From positions 5,608 to 69,607 of the forward strand of contig CALGYR010000006.1 in NCBI GenBank assembly GCA_937935355.1: a stretch of 64,000 nt of DNA, in the 5' to 3' direction. Within the stretch, counting starts at the first letter, position 1. The number at the start of each line of letters is the position of its first letter. Positions 1 through 10,169 of this stretch are shown here, piece by piece. This stretch comes from an uncultured bacterium (GTDB taxonomy: Bacteria; Planctomycetota; SZUA-567; JAKLDR01). The notes under the pieces are model-generated. The model worked only from the letters and a program-made list of their open reading frames with translations. It made no database searches and was not told where the DNA came from. Both the position numbers and the translations under genes were made by a program.

Positions 1-1198
1 GCCCCAGTGCCCGCGCGGCGAGCTCCTGCCCGTGGTCCACGCTCATCAGCCCCGAGCGGACGATCTCGCTCATGTAGGCGGCGGCGCTCACCGAGAGGGT
101 CAGCACCGCCGAGGCGATGGGCGAGAGCGTCACTCCCACCTGCGGCGCTCCGAAGTATACGAAGAGCAGCTGGATGAGCACGGGCGTGCCCCGGACGAAG
201 TCCACGAAGGCCCGCACCGCCCGGCAGCCCGCGCCGCGGCCCCGGTTGAGGACCATGCCCAGCGGAATGGCCAGCACGAAGCCGATGGCCAGCGACGCGA
301 CGGCCACGCCGATGGTGATGCCGAAGCCGCGGAGCAGCAGCCGGACCACCGTCGCGGCGGACATGCCCGTCGGCCGCCTGCGGGCGAGCCCGAACCACTT
401 CTCGAAGAGCCGGTCGCGCTCGCCGGAGGCCTGCATGTCGGCCAGGGCCGCGTTGATGCCGGCGAGCAACTCCGGCCGGTCCTTGCGCACCGGGATGCCG
501 ATGCGCTCCTCGAAGAGCAGCTTCCCGGCGGGCACGAAGTCCCGCCCGGCGCTCTTGACCTGCCAGGCGCCCACCAGCTTGTCGGTGATGAAGCCGGAGA
601 GCCGGTCGTTCTCCATGTCCTGGAAGATGTCCACGGTGGACTTGTAGGTGACGGCCTCGACCTCGGGGTGCTCGCGGCGCAGGTAGTGCTCGTAGGTCTC
701 GCCCAGGCCCACCCCGACCGGCCGCCCGGCGCACGCGGCGATGCCGTCGAGGTCGCCCCGATCGGACCGGCGCACGAAGAGCTGGGCCCCCGAGACGTAG
801 TAGGGCTCGGAGAAGTCCACCTGCCGGGCGCGCTCCGGGGTGATGGCCATCGATCCGATGATGGCGTCGTACTTGCCGGAGAGCAGCCCGGCGAGGATGC
901 CGTCCCACTCGGTGGCCACGATCTCGAGCCGGCGGCCGAGGCGCCCGGCCACCGCGCGGGAGACGTCCACGTCGAAGCCAGCGAGCTCCCCATTCTCGTC
1001 GTAGAAGCTGAAGGGCGGGTACTTGCCGGTGAGCGCCACGGTGAGGGGCGCCTGATCGGCCTCCGCGCCGGCGGCGGGACCGGTGCCTGCCTCCGGCTCG
1101 GCGGCCGCCGCCGGGCGGGCCGCCGCCGCCAGCGCGAAGACCGCGGCCAGCGCCAGTGCTGCTCCGGGCCGGAGCGGCCAACCGGCCTGGAGGCTCAC
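1..1198 (-). CDS. Amino-acid ABC transporter with fused periplasmic substrate-binding domain and permease (PAAT-type); the 3' end runs off the window start
   Basis: Reverse-strand translation from a GTG start (complement of 1196-1198) gives an Ala-rich signal peptide, then '[28 protein letters not shown]...[32 protein letters not shown]' (family-3 solute-binding fold). It continues without a stop into '[25 protein letters not shown]...[20 protein letters not shown]' (polar amino-acid permease TM region). The GTGA overlaps the kamA stop. The frame is absent from the ORF track because it has no stop inside the window; it was translated by eye. Confidence 0.65.
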   Translation of the reverse strand, partial: MSLQAGWPLRPGAALALAAVFALAAAARPAAAAEPEAGTGPAAGAEADQAPLTVALTGKYPPFSFYDENGELAGFDVDVSRAVAGRLGRRLEIVATEWDGILAGLLSGKYDAIIGSMAITPERARQVDFSEPYYVSGAQLFVRRSDRGDLDGIAACAGRPVGVGLGETYEHYLRREHPEVEAVTYKSTVDIFQDMENDRLSGFITDKLVGAWQVKSAGRDFVPAGKLLFEERIGIPVRKDRPELLAGINAALADMQASGERDRLFEKWFGLARRRPTGMSAATVVRLLLRGFGITIGVAVASLAIGFVLAIPLGMVLNRGRGAGCRAVRAFVDFVRGTPVLIQLLFVYFGAPQVGVTLSPIASAVLTLSVSAAAYMSEIVRSGLMSVDHGQELAARALG

Positions 1199-2523
1199 GC
1201 CTCCTCCCTCCGGCGCAGGCGCTCGTTGTTCTCGGGCACCAGGGTCATGTCCTCCTCGTGGTCGCACAACAGCCGGGCCACGCCGACCACCGCGTCCTCC
1301 GAAGCGTCGGCGGTGTTGAGCTGCAGGTGGCACTCGGCGCAGCGCCGGTTGCACTCGCGGATCGGGTAGCTGTCCGGCTCGATGTAGGTGCTGATCACGC
1401 CCTCGTAGTTCCGGAGGATGGCCTTGTGCGTCGACCAGGAGACCAGGTAGTTTGGCAGGATGGGGATCTTGCCGGCTCCGCCCGGCGCGTCGATCACGTA
1501 GGTGGGCACGGCCAGCCCGCTGGTGTGGCCGACCAGGTTCTCGATGATCTCGATGCCCTTGCCGATGGGCGTGCGGAAGTGCGAGAGCCCCTCGGAAAGG
1601 TCGCACTGGAAGAGGTAATAGGGCCGGACCCGGTTGACCACCAGCTTGTGCACCAGCGCCTTCATGATCCGCGGGCAGTCGTTGACCCCGGCCAGCAGCA
1701 CGGTCTGGTTGCCGAGCGGGAAGCCCCCGTCGGCCAGCCGCGAGAGCGCCCGCCGGGAGCCCGGGGTGAACTCCCGCGGATGGTTGAAGTGGGTGTTGAT
1801 CCAGAGCGGCTGGTGCTTCCGGAGCATGGCCACGAGCCCGTCGGTGATGCGCATGGGCAGCACCACCGGAGTGCGCGTGCCGATGCGGATGATCTCCACG
1901 TGGGGGATGCGCCGGAGCTCGCCGAGGATGCGGTCGAGCCGCTCGTCGGAGAGCAGCAGCGGGTCGCCGCCGGAGAGCAGCACGTCGCGCACCGCCGGCG
2001 TGCGCCGGACGTAGTCGATGCCCGCGGCGATCTGCTCCTCGCCGGGGATGGAGTCGACGTCGCCGACCTTGCGCTTGCGCGTGCAGTGCCGGCAGTACAT
2101 GGCGCAGACGTTGGAGACGTGGAAGAGCACCCGGTCGCCGTAGCGGTGGGTGATGCCCGGCACCGGCGAGTCCTCGTCCTCGTGGAGCGGATCGGCCATG
2201 TCGCAGGAGGCGACCTCCAGCTCCTGGGGCGAGGGGAAGGCCTGCTTGAAGACCGGGTCGTTGCGGAAGTCGCGGGCGTCGATCAGCGAGAGGTAGTACG
2301 GCGTGATCGAGAGCGGGAAGCGCTCGAGGGTGCGCAGCAGGACGGCGCGCTCCTCTTCCGGGAAGCGGATCCCCAGCAGGCGCTCGAATGTGTCGATGTC
2401 CCGGACGGCGTGGCGCACCTGCCAGCGCCAGTCGTTCCAGTGCTCCAGGGCCGCCTCGGGGGCGATGCCCCCGGCGATGCGCTTCTGCCGCGAGGCCAGT
2501 TCGGTCTGGTTTATGTTTTCCAT
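1195..2523 (-). CDS. kamA: KamA-family radical SAM lysine 2,3-aminomutase
   Basis: 442-aa ORF with the radical-SAM CxxxCxxC motif 'CAMYCRHC' and the KamA-family pattern '[11 protein letters not shown]', 'RIGTRTPVV', '[16 protein letters not shown]'; the C-terminus has an additional Cys cluster 'CNRRCAEC'. The length matches KamA rather than the shorter EpmB. Confidence 0.9.
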   Translation of the reverse strand: MENINQTELASRQKRIAGGIAPEAALEHWNDWRWQVRHAVRDIDTFERLLGIRFPEEERAVLLRTLERFPLSITPYYLSLIDARDFRNDPVFKQAFPSPQELEVASCDMADPLHEDEDSPVPGITHRYGDRVLFHVSNVCAMYCRHCTRKRKVGDVDSIPGEEQIAAGIDYVRRTPAVRDVLLSGGDPLLLSDERLDRILGELRRIPHVEIIRIGTRTPVVLPMRITDGLVAMLRKHQPLWINTHFNHPREFTPGSRRALSRLADGGFPLGNQTVLLAGVNDCPRIMKALVHKLVVNRVRPYYLFQCDLSEGLSHFRTPIGKGIEIIENLVGHTSGLAVPTYVIDAPGGAGKIPILPNYLVSWSTHKAILRNYEGVISTYIEPDSYPIRECNRRCAECHLQLNTADASEDAVVGVARLLCDHEEDMTLVPENNERLRRREEA

Positions 2524-2842
2524 GGAAACGATCCTCCCTGGGCCTTGCCGGCCCGGATCACGGGGTTTCGAGATGTCTGATCCCGTTTTTCAACCCCGGC
2601 GCCCGGCGCAGTTGCCGACCGGAGTAAGATGGAGGCCGCGTCGTCGTTCGGCCTCGAGGGGAGCGAGTCCCCAGCCAACGAAAGGATTCACCGTGGCCGC
2701 CAGACGCAGGACGACGCAGCGCTGAGCGGCCGTAGCGAAACCATGGTATCACCTGAACCCGTGCAGTTCAACTTCGATTCCGGCATCAATCCCACGAACA
2801 AGCAGTGCCCGTCGGTGTATAGGCATGCAGATGGGAGGCAGC

Positions 2843-3946
2843 ATGTCCAGCAGACAGAGAGCAGTTTGCGAGAGCGTTCCCACACGGTCTTCGGCGCAGC
2901 TCGCGGATCAACTCCGCGCCAGGATTTCCAAGGGAACTCTGGCCGGCGGCAGCTTCCTGCCCAGCGAGCGCGAGTTGGCCCGGGAGCAGAAAGTCAGCAG
3001 CAAGACCGCCCGGCGGGCGCTGAAGCTGCTCGAGTCCGAGGCGCTCATCGTCTCGGAAAGCCGCCGCGGCTACCGGGTGCTCTCGCGCGCCAACGACCCG
3101 GACCGGGGCTGCCCGATCGCCATGGTGATCGCCAATCCGCCCGAGTCCGGAGACCGCAGCTTCTACGGCAGCCTGCTGGGCGCGCTCCAGGACGCCGCCG
3201 GGCGCAGGGGCTGGTCGCTCTTGGGCGTGCAGCGCGAGGGGCGCCCGATTGGCGAGGTCGTCGAGCGCCTGCGTGCGGCCCGGGCTTGCGGCGCGGTGGT
3301 CGACTCGCTCGATACGGAACTGCTCGAGGCGGTCAGGCGCCTGGGCGTCCCGGTGGTGCTGGCCGACGCCTGGTTCGCCGACTCGCCCTGCGATGCGGTC
3401 GTCCAGGACGGCTTCGCCGGCGGGGTGCTGGCCGCGGAGTGGCTCGCCGGGCGCGGCCACCGGCGGATCGCCTTCCTGGGTCCGGACCCGCGGGGAGCGG
3501 ACATGCTGGTCGTCGAGCGCTTCTCCGGAGCGGTCGGTGGCCTGGCCCGCTCGGGCCTGGCGCTCGACCCGGGCCTGACCGCAGTGACGCGGCAGGGCGA
3601 TCCGGATGCGGCCGCCAGGTGCGCCCGGGAGTTGCTCTCCCGGGCGGACCGTCCCACCGCGGTGCTGGCCCTCTGGCAGGGCTTCGCCCGGGAGGCGGCC
3701 CGCGCCGCGCGCGAGCTGGGACTGGCCGTGGGCCGCGACCTGGACCTGGTCGGCTGGACGACGAGCCCGGCCCCCGGTGCGCCGGAGGCTACGGGCGCGG
3801 CCGGGCCGGAGCTCTCCGCGGAGGTGGTCTGGAGCCCCGCGGATCTCGCCGAGCTCTGCATTCTGCGCCTGATGCAGCGGCGGGCCGACCCGCGCATGCC
3901 GGCCTCGCTGACCCGCGTTCCGGTGCGGCTCGAAGTTCGCGGATAG
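2843..3946 (+). CDS. AraR-type transcriptional regulator (GntR-family HTH N-terminus + LacI/GalR-type periplasmic-binding-like effector domain), paralog 1
   Basis: GntR HTH 'LPSERELAREQKVSSKTARRALKLLESEALIVSESRRGYRV' followed by a LacI-type sugar-binding fold ('VVLADAWFAD...DAVVQDGFAGGVLAAEWLAGRGHRRIAFLG'). ATG 2843 is preceded by GGGAGG; alternative ATGs at 2825 and 2831. The stop TAG lies directly upstream of the next gene's RBS. Confidence 0.8.
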   Translation: MSSRQRAVCESVPTRSSAQLADQLRARISKGTLAGGSFLPSERELAREQKVSSKTARRALKLLESEALIVSESRRGYRVLSRANDPDRGCPIAMVIANPPESGDRSFYGSLLGALQDAAGRRGWSLLGVQREGRPIGEVVERLRAARACGAVVDSLDTELLEAVRRLGVPVVLADAWFADSPCDAVVQDGFAGGVLAAEWLAGRGHRRIAFLGPDPRGADMLVVERFSGAVGGLARSGLALDPGLTAVTRQGDPDAAARCARELLSRADRPTAVLALWQGFAREAARAARELGLAVGRDLDLVGWTTSPAPGAPEATGAAGPELSAEVVWSPADLAELCILRLMQRRADPRMPASLTRVPVRLEVRG

Positions 3947-3957
3947 GGAGGACGAAG

Positions 3958-5190
3958 ATGATCGTGAGAAGTCTGCCGATGCTTCCGGCTCTGTTGCTCG
4001 TTGGCCTCGTGGGCGCGCTCGCGGCAGAGCCCCCGGCCAAGGGCCCTCTGGCCGACCGGCCCTCGAAGCCGGGGCCGCACCTCGAGAAGGTGAAGGCCCT
4101 CGGCGACAACGCCTGGGTGAACCTGGGCAAGCCCGCGCCCGACCCCAAGTACGGCCCGGCCCAGGGGCGCTCATGGAGCCGCAAGATGGCCTTTGCGCCG
4201 GACCTGCGCGGGGCCTTCATCTACGGCGAGGGCGTCCACGGCGGCGCCTCGACGCGCGGCGGGAAGCGCTTCTACAACGACGACCTCTTCTTCTACGACA
4301 TCAACGCCAACGCCTGGGTCTGCTGCCATCCGGGCACGCCGCTGGACGACCCGGGGCTGACCTACGACAAGGAGCTCGGCTGCGAGAGGGATAAGAACGG
4401 GGACATCATCCCGGTGGCGGTCAGCGTCCACGCCTACTGGACGCCGGACTACGACACCGACCGGAAGATGTTCACGATGATGCCCTCGCCGGCCTCGCTC
4501 TACTGGCGCAAGGAGCTCGAGAAGTTCCGCCCCTATTTCAAGGAGAAGGGCAACTCCGACCCGCGCTGGGGCGGCTACGGCAGCCCCTGGTACTGGGACC
4601 CGCGCACCGGCAAGTGGGAGTTCCGGCGCGTCAAGGGCCCGGCCCCGGTCTGCAACGTGGACAACGTCTACTTCTACTCGCGCAAGCTCAAGAAGGGCGT
4701 GAACCTCTTCCGCGGCGTCTGGCTCTACGACCACGCGGAGAACTCCTGGAAGAAGGTGAACGAGGCCGGCGGCGGCAACGGGGCCTACTGCTATGATCCC
4801 AAACGCGAGTGGATCTACGCGGTCGGCGCCGACCGCAACGACGGCGGGAGGAACAAGCTCTCGGTCCTGGACATCGCCAGCGGAAAGTGGACGAAGATCG
4901 AGGCCGAGGGCGACGCCGGCACCGGAATGGAGTCGAATCAGGCCTTCTTCGCCTACGACTCGGTCAACGACGTCGTGGTCTTCCACATCCATGACCGGCA
5001 CCACATCTACGTTCCGGACGCGAGGAAGTGGACCGTGCTGCCCTCGACGCTCCCCGAGAAGGTGCGCTGGGTCTCCGGCAGCGGCTTCTACGACCCGGAG
5101 ACCAACGCCCACTTCTACTTCAACGCCGGCGACAGCAACATCGGCCCCGGCAACATGTGGGCCTGGCGGTACGCCGGCGGCGGGCGCTGA
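3958..5190 (+). CDS. Secreted Kelch-like beta-propeller protein (paralog family member 1)
   Basis: ATG 3958 with RBS GGGAGGACGAAG; signal peptide 'MIVRSLPMLPALLLVGLVGALAA'. Family-specific N-terminal motif 'GPHLEKVKALGDNAWVNLGKPAPDPKYG' and C-terminal 'NAGDSNIGPGNMWAWRY' shared with the paralogs at 36361, 37811 and other paralogs. The supplied ORF 2629..5190 has a spurious 443-aa Arg/Gly-rich N-extension. Confidence 0.8.
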   Translation: MIVRSLPMLPALLLVGLVGALAAEPPAKGPLADRPSKPGPHLEKVKALGDNAWVNLGKPAPDPKYGPAQGRSWSRKMAFAPDLRGAFIYGEGVHGGASTRGGKRFYNDDLFFYDINANAWVCCHPGTPLDDPGLTYDKELGCERDKNGDIIPVAVSVHAYWTPDYDTDRKMFTMMPSPASLYWRKELEKFRPYFKEKGNSDPRWGGYGSPWYWDPRTGKWEFRRVKGPAPVCNVDNVYFYSRKLKKGVNLFRGVWLYDHAENSWKKVNEAGGGNGAYCYDPKREWIYAVGADRNDGGRNKLSVLDIASGKWTKIEAEGDAGTGMESNQAFFAYDSVNDVVVFHIHDRHHIYVPDARKWTVLPSTLPEKVRWVSGSGFYDPETNAHFYFNAGDSNIGPGNMWAWRYAGGGR

Positions 5191-5207
5191 GACGGGAGGA
5201 GTCCACG

Positions 5208-7871
5208 ATGAAGACCGCCTGCATCATCGGCATCCTGGCGCTCGCGGCCTGCGCCGTCCCCGCGGCCGAGCCCGCGGCGCCCTCCGGGGCCGTGATCCTC
5301 GACGAGAACAGCCACTGGCGCCTGGAGCGCACCTGGGTGCCGGGCCTGGCCAGGACCTCCGACGGGCGGCTGGTGCCGCTGGTCCCCGGCGCCGGCCTCA
5401 AGGGTCCGGCCCACGCCCTGGTCTTCAAACCGGCGCCCGGCGAGAAGTACGAGATGCCCAGTTGGCCGGCGCTGCCCGGGGACTGGGCTGCCCCGGGCTT
5501 CGACGACTCGCACTACGCGCTCCACCGCGGCCCGGTCAGCGTCAACGACTGCTACTCCATGCGGAGGGCCTTCACGCCACGCTGGGGCTTCAGCCTGGCC
5601 CGGATGCGCGGGCGCTTCGCGGTCGATGATCCTGCCGCGGTCGGGGACCTCAAGCTCGACCTGGTCTACCAGGGGGGTGCCGCCGTCTACCTCAACGGCG
5701 CCGAAGTGGCCCGCGGCGGACTTCCCGAGGGCGAGGTCGCGCCCGAGGCTCCGGCGGCGGACTACTCCGACGCCGAGACCGCCCGCCATAACGAGTGGGT
5801 GCGCTGCGACAAGATGGACCGGAAGCTGAGCGGGGTCGTCATCCCGGCGGCCAGGCTGGTCAAGGGCGTCAACGTCCTGGCCATCGAGGTCCACCGCGCG
5901 CCCATGCCCGAGAAGATGCTCAAGGACAAGAACAACTGGATTCCGCTGGAGCTCGTCTCGGTCCGGCTGAGCGCGGCTTCCGGCGCAGGGCTGGTGCCCA
6001 ACGGGGGCAAGCCCGCGGGCCTCTCCGTGTGGACCGGCGAGCCGACCTACTGCGTGCGGGTCGACGACCCCGGAGACCGGAGCCAGGCCGAGCCGCGGCC
6101 GATCCGGATCGCCGCCTGCCGGAACAGCACGTTCTCCGGGCAGGCGGTGATCTTCAACGACCAGCCCCTGGGCGCGGTCAGAGCGACGGTCGGAGAACTT
6201 GCGACCGCCGACGGCGCCAAGCTTCCGGCCTCGGCCTGCCAGGTGCGCTACTCCAAGCCCGACCGCCGGGGCGGCGGTGTGGAGACCGGGGTCTACGGAC
6301 CCTACAACGACATGAACTGGTTCGACGCGCTCGAGGAGGATCCGCCCGCCGAGGTCCCGCTGCGCTTCTTCCAGCCAAAGCCGCACCTGCCCAAGCAGAT
6401 GCACCTGGCCGTTCAGCCGGTTTGGCTCACCGTGCGTGTGCCGGCCGACGCCAAGCTTGGAGAGTACAAAGGACAGCTGGCCCTCGAGATAGCCGGGCAG
6501 AGCACCGTGAAGGTGCCCGTCGAGGTCAAGGTCCACGGCTTCCAGCTGCCGGACCCGAAGGAGTTCGCCACGTTCCTGGAGATGCACCACTCGCCGGAGA
6601 CGCTGGCCTACTACTACAAGGTCCCGATCTGGAGCGAGGAGCACTGGAAGCTCCTGGAGCGGTCCTTCGAACTTTCGGCGCGCGCCGGCAACAAGCTGAT
6701 CTTCATCCCGCTCTTCGCCCGCGCGCGCTTCGGCAACGATCACGGCATGCTGCGCTTCGTCAAGAAGGGAGACGACTGGGACTACGACTTCTCGATCGTC
6801 GAGCGCTACCTCGACCTGGCCATGAAGCACTTCGACCGCAACATGGTGGTAGTCTGGCACATCACCGAGCCGGCCCACGAGGACAACTACTGGAAGATCC
6901 GCCACGGGGGCAAGGTCGAGCCGCAGAAACATCCCCAGGTGACGGTAGTCGACCCCAAGGACGGGAGCCTCTCGCTCTTCAAGGCTCCGCTCTTCGGCAC
7001 GCAGGAGTCCCGCGACTTCTGGAAGCCGGTCTGCGCGCGGATCGCCGAGCTCGTCAAGAAGAAGGGCCTGACCAGGCGGGCGCTGGTCCTCGGCACCGAG
7101 CAGGACCTGGGCGTGAGCAAGGGCTTCCTCGACGACCTCAGGAACATCGCCCCCGGCTTCAAGTGGTCCCGGTGCACGCACCCGGCGCCGCCGCCGAGCC
7201 TGAAGTACCCCAACGGACTGGAGCTGGGCTACGCCAGCGACGTCTACGGCGGTGCGCTCCACCGCCCGCCCGAGCAGCAGCGCTGCTACGGCTGGATGTG
7301 GCGCGACGACGAGAACCTGGGCGTCCACGCCCACTGGCCGCGGAACTCCATGACCGACCATGCCTCCCTGTCGAAGATCCACCAGGTCATGGAGACGCAC
7401 CTGGTCAGCAGCCCCTACGCCATCGAGGAGTACGCCTACGCGGGGCTGTCCTACCAGGGGGCTGACTTCTGGGTCATTCCCGGCGTGAAGTCCAGGATGG
7501 ACAACGGCCGGGTCGGCACGCTCATCGACCGCTTCCCGGAGGCGATCTGGGGCTCGATCTCGATCGGCAACGGAGCGGTCTCCTGGCTGGCCCCCGGCCC
7601 CAACGGGACGATCTCCACGGCCCGCTTCGAGGTCCTCTGCGAGGGCATCCAGGAGGCCAACGTCCGGGTGTTCATCGAGCGGGCGCTGACCGACCCCGCC
7701 GCGCGCGCCAAGCTCGGCGAAGATCTGGCCGCGAAGGCGCAGGCGGTCCTCGACGAGCGCTTCCGGTTGCTCTATCCCCACCGGTTCATGGAGACCGCCT
7801 CCGGCGTCGGCGCGCGGCGGGAGAAGCTGCTCGCCGCCGCCGACGAGGTGGCCGCCCGGCTGGGGAAGTAG
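5208..7871 (+). CDS. Secreted DUF4091-like glycoside-hydrolase-like protein (paralog of 34370..36331)
   Basis: ATG 5208 after GGGAGGAG; signal peptide 'MKTACIIGILALAACAVPAAEP'. Conserved block 'QPVWLTVRVPADAKLGEYKGQLALEIAGQSTVKVPVEVKVHGFQLPD' matches 'QPVWLTVLVPADAAPGVYRAEVTVSAEGLAATKVPLGIKVYGWTMPD' in the paralog. The DUF4091/GH-like assignment is from memory of that family motif. The N-terminal extension in the ORF track is rejected. Confidence 0.7.
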   Translation: MKTACIIGILALAACAVPAAEPAAPSGAVILDENSHWRLERTWVPGLARTSDGRLVPLVPGAGLKGPAHALVFKPAPGEKYEMPSWPALPGDWAAPGFDDSHYALHRGPVSVNDCYSMRRAFTPRWGFSLARMRGRFAVDDPAAVGDLKLDLVYQGGAAVYLNGAEVARGGLPEGEVAPEAPAADYSDAETARHNEWVRCDKMDRKLSGVVIPAARLVKGVNVLAIEVHRAPMPEKMLKDKNNWIPLELVSVRLSAASGAGLVPNGGKPAGLSVWTGEPTYCVRVDDPGDRSQAEPRPIRIAACRNSTFSGQAVIFNDQPLGAVRATVGELATADGAKLPASACQVRYSKPDRRGGGVETGVYGPYNDMNWFDALEEDPPAEVPLRFFQPKPHLPKQMHLAVQPVWLTVRVPADAKLGEYKGQLALEIAGQSTVKVPVEVKVHGFQLPDPKEFATFLEMHHSPETLAYYYKVPIWSEEHWKLLERSFELSARAGNKLIFIPLFARARFGNDHGMLRFVKKGDDWDYDFSIVERYLDLAMKHFDRNMVVVWHITEPAHEDNYWKIRHGGKVEPQKHPQVTVVDPKDGSLSLFKAPLFGTQESRDFWKPVCARIAELVKKKGLTRRALVLGTEQDLGVSKGFLDDLRNIAPGFKWSRCTHPAPPPSLKYPNGLELGYASDVYGGALHRPPEQQRCYGWMWRDDENLGVHAHWPRNSMTDHASLSKIHQVMETHLVSSPYAIEEYAYAGLSYQGADFWVIPGVKSRMDNGRVGTLIDRFPEAIWGSISIGNGAVSWLAPGPNGTISTARFEVLCEGIQEANVRVFIERALTDPAARAKLGEDLAAKAQAVLDERFRLLYPHRFMETASGVGARREKLLAAADEVAARLGK

Positions 7872-7963
7872 CCCGGCCGACGGCCTGGAATCCGCCGCCG
7901 GCCCGGCCTAGAATCCTTCCGGCCGCGGCGACCGGCGGCGGCCATGAGGAGGCGCGCCCAGCC

Positions 7964-9301
7964 ATGCCCGGACCAAACCTGCTCTTCGTCTTCGGCGACC
8001 AGTGGAGGGCGCAGGCCCTCTCCCACGCCGGCGACCCGAACCTGGCCACGCCGAATCTCGACGCCTTCGCGGCCTCGGGCGTGCGCTTCACCAACGCGGT
8101 GAGCAACTCGCCGGTCTGCAGCCCGCACCGGGCTACGCTGATGACCGGGCTCTACCCGCACCTCAACGGCATGGTGGCCAACGACCAGTGCCTGGCCGCC
8201 AACTGCCCCGGACCGTACCTGGCCGAGTGCCTGGCGGCCGGCGGCCATCAGACTGCCTACATCGGCAAGTGGCACATCGATGGCCGCGGCCGCCGGCGCT
8301 TCGTGCCGCCCGAGCGCCGGCTGGGCTTCGGGCTGTGGCGGGGCTTCGAGTGCAACCACGACTACTGGGACGCGCCGTGCTACGGCGACTCGCCCGAGCC
8401 CGAAACCCTTCCCGGCTACGAGAGCTTCGCCCAGGTGGAGCTCGCCCGCCGCTTTCTGGCCGGGCAGGCCCGCGAGCCCTTCGCGCTCTTCCTGTCCTGG
8501 GGGCCGCCGCACGACCCCTATGGCACGGCGCCCGAGGAGTTCCGCTCGCGGCACCGGCCGGAGGACGTGCTTCTGCGCCCCAACGTCCCGGCCGCGGCCG
8601 AGGCCGTCGCGCGCAAGGAACTGGCCGGCTACTACGCGCACTGCGAGGCGCTGGACCTGGCCTTCGGCCGGCTGCTGGCCGCACTCGAGGAGACCGGGCA
8701 CGCGCGCGACACGGTGGTGATCTTCACCGCCGACCATGGCGACATGCTCGGCAGCCAGGGCTTCTTCCGGAAGCAGCGGCACTACGACGAGTCGGTCCTG
8801 GTGCCCATGCTGGTCCGCGACCCGCGGCGCACTCTCGGGCCGGCCGCCGTGGAGGCGCCCATCTCCACGATCGACCTGATGCCCACGCTGCTGGGCCTTG
8901 CCGGCTGCGAGGTCCCCGAGCGGTGCCAGGGGCGCGACTGGACGCCGGCGATCCGCGAGGGCGCCGCGCCGCCGGTCGACGCGGCGCTCCTGGCCTGCCA
9001 CGCGCCCTTCCATCAGTACACGGCGGCGAAGGGCGGCCGGGCCTACCGGGGGGTGCGCACAGCGCGGCACACCTACGTGCGCTTCATCGACGGAGTCCGG
9101 CAGCTCTTCGACAACGCCGCCGACCCGTACCAGATGCGCGACCTGGCGGCCTCGCCGGAGCACGCCGGTACGATGGCGGAGCTCGAGTCGCGCCTGGCCG
9201 CGCTTCTCAAGGAAGCCCGCGACCCGTTCGAGCCGCCCGAGGAGCTCTTCCGGCGCTGGTCGGTGCGGCTCAACGCCAGGGGCGAAGTCTACTACGACTG
9301 A
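7964..9301 (+). CDS. Sulfatase (arylsulfatase family, Cys-type formylglycine motif), no signal peptide
   Basis: 'SPVCSPHRATLMTGLYP' (C-x-P-x-R sulfatase signature), 'IGKWHI', 'VIFTADHGDMLG'. Starts 'MPGPNLLFVFGDQ' without a signal peptide. Confidence 0.9.
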   Translation: MPGPNLLFVFGDQWRAQALSHAGDPNLATPNLDAFAASGVRFTNAVSNSPVCSPHRATLMTGLYPHLNGMVANDQCLAANCPGPYLAECLAAGGHQTAYIGKWHIDGRGRRRFVPPERRLGFGLWRGFECNHDYWDAPCYGDSPEPETLPGYESFAQVELARRFLAGQAREPFALFLSWGPPHDPYGTAPEEFRSRHRPEDVLLRPNVPAAAEAVARKELAGYYAHCEALDLAFGRLLAALEETGHARDTVVIFTADHGDMLGSQGFFRKQRHYDESVLVPMLVRDPRRTLGPAAVEAPISTIDLMPTLLGLAGCEVPERCQGRDWTPAIREGAAPPVDAALLACHAPFHQYTAAKGGRAYRGVRTARHTYVRFIDGVRQLFDNAADPYQMRDLAASPEHAGTMAELESRLAALLKEARDPFEPPEELFRRWSVRLNARGEVYYD

Positions 9302-9349
9302 GCGCCGCGCGTTCGTGATGGCGGATGACTGGCGGCGCCGCCCGGGCGC

Positions 9350-10096
9350 TCAGCCCGGGGCCTGTCCGTCGGCCGGCCGGCGGTACCAGAAGCCGCAGCA
9401 GCGCCGCGACATGAGCGCCAGCGGGCACAGCAGCAGCACGCCCTGGGACAGGATCACCCGCGCCGTGGAGTGCCAGCGCAACTTGCGGCTGGAGGTCACC
9501 ACCGGGTGCGCGGTGACCACCCGGAACTCGAGGCCGTGCCTGCGGCCCCAGAGCCGCAGCGAGCGCGAGAAGGCCAGCTCCTCGGCGGCGAAGAGCCTCT
9601 GGCTGAAACCGCCGACCGCCTCGAAGCCCTCGCGCAGGCAGTAGACGAAGGCCCCGGCGGCCAGTCCGCGCAGGACCATCAGCCGGTTGAAGAGGCGCAC
9701 GAAGGAGCGCACCCAGCGCCGGGGATAGGCGTCGAGCTCGACGACCGCGCCGCCGCCCGCGCAGCGGCCGGACTCCAGGTTGGCGAGCGCCGCGGCCAGG
9801 AGCCCGGGGCTCACCGCCGTGTCGGCGTCGACGAAGACCAGGTGCCGGCCGGCGGCGGCACGCGCCCCGGCGTTGCGGGCCCGCGATATCTGGTTGACCG
9901 GCTCGAAGACCACCCGGGCCCCGAGCCCCCGGGCGACCTCCGCCGTGCGGTCGTTCGAGTTGTTGTCGACGACGATGAGCTCGCCCGGCCGGCCGGAGCG
10001 TTCCATGGCGCGCTGCAGGAGAGGCAGGTTGCGTGCCAGTTCCACCTCCTCGTTGAAGGCGGGCACGATCACCGAGTAGGCAAGGGAGTCGCTCAC
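9350..10096 (-). CDS. Family 2 glycosyltransferase
   Basis: 'YSVIVPAFNEE...LIVVDNNSNDRTAEVAR...VFVDADT' GT2 DxD-type signature. GTG start at compl. 10094-10096 preceded by AGGAG; the ORF track starts it 25 codons earlier, at 10171. Confidence 0.75.
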   Translation of the reverse strand: MSDSLAYSVIVPAFNEEVELARNLPLLQRAMERSGRPGELIVVDNNSNDRTAEVARGLGARVVFEPVNQISRARNAGARAAAGRHLVFVDADTAVSPGLLAAALANLESGRCAGGGAVVELDAYPRRWVRSFVRLFNRLMVLRGLAAGAFVYCLREGFEAVGGFSQRLFAAEELAFSRSLRLWGRRHGLEFRVVTAHPVVTSSRKLRWHSTARVILSQGVLLLCPLALMSRRCCGFWYRRPADGQAPG

Positions 10097-10169
10097 GGTT
10101 GGCTCCTGGAGGCGAGGGCCCGGCCGGAGCCGGGCGTGCGGACATTGTAGGCTGGGAAGCGACCACTGC

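Noticed and set aside
32-1369. 445-aa + strand ORF (Arg/Gly/His-rich)
   Set aside because: Low-complexity antisense read-through of the minus-strand ABC transporter gene; no motifs.
2629-3957. 443-aa N-terminal extension of the Kelch gene in the track ORF 2629..5190
   Set aside because: Arg/Gly/Pro-rich, overlaps the well-supported regulator gene in another frame; the real start at 3958 has an RBS and signal peptide.
5028-5207. N-terminal extension of the DUF4091-like gene
   Set aside because: Overlaps the Kelch gene 3' end; ATG 5208 with GGGAGGAG and a signal peptide is the sensible start.
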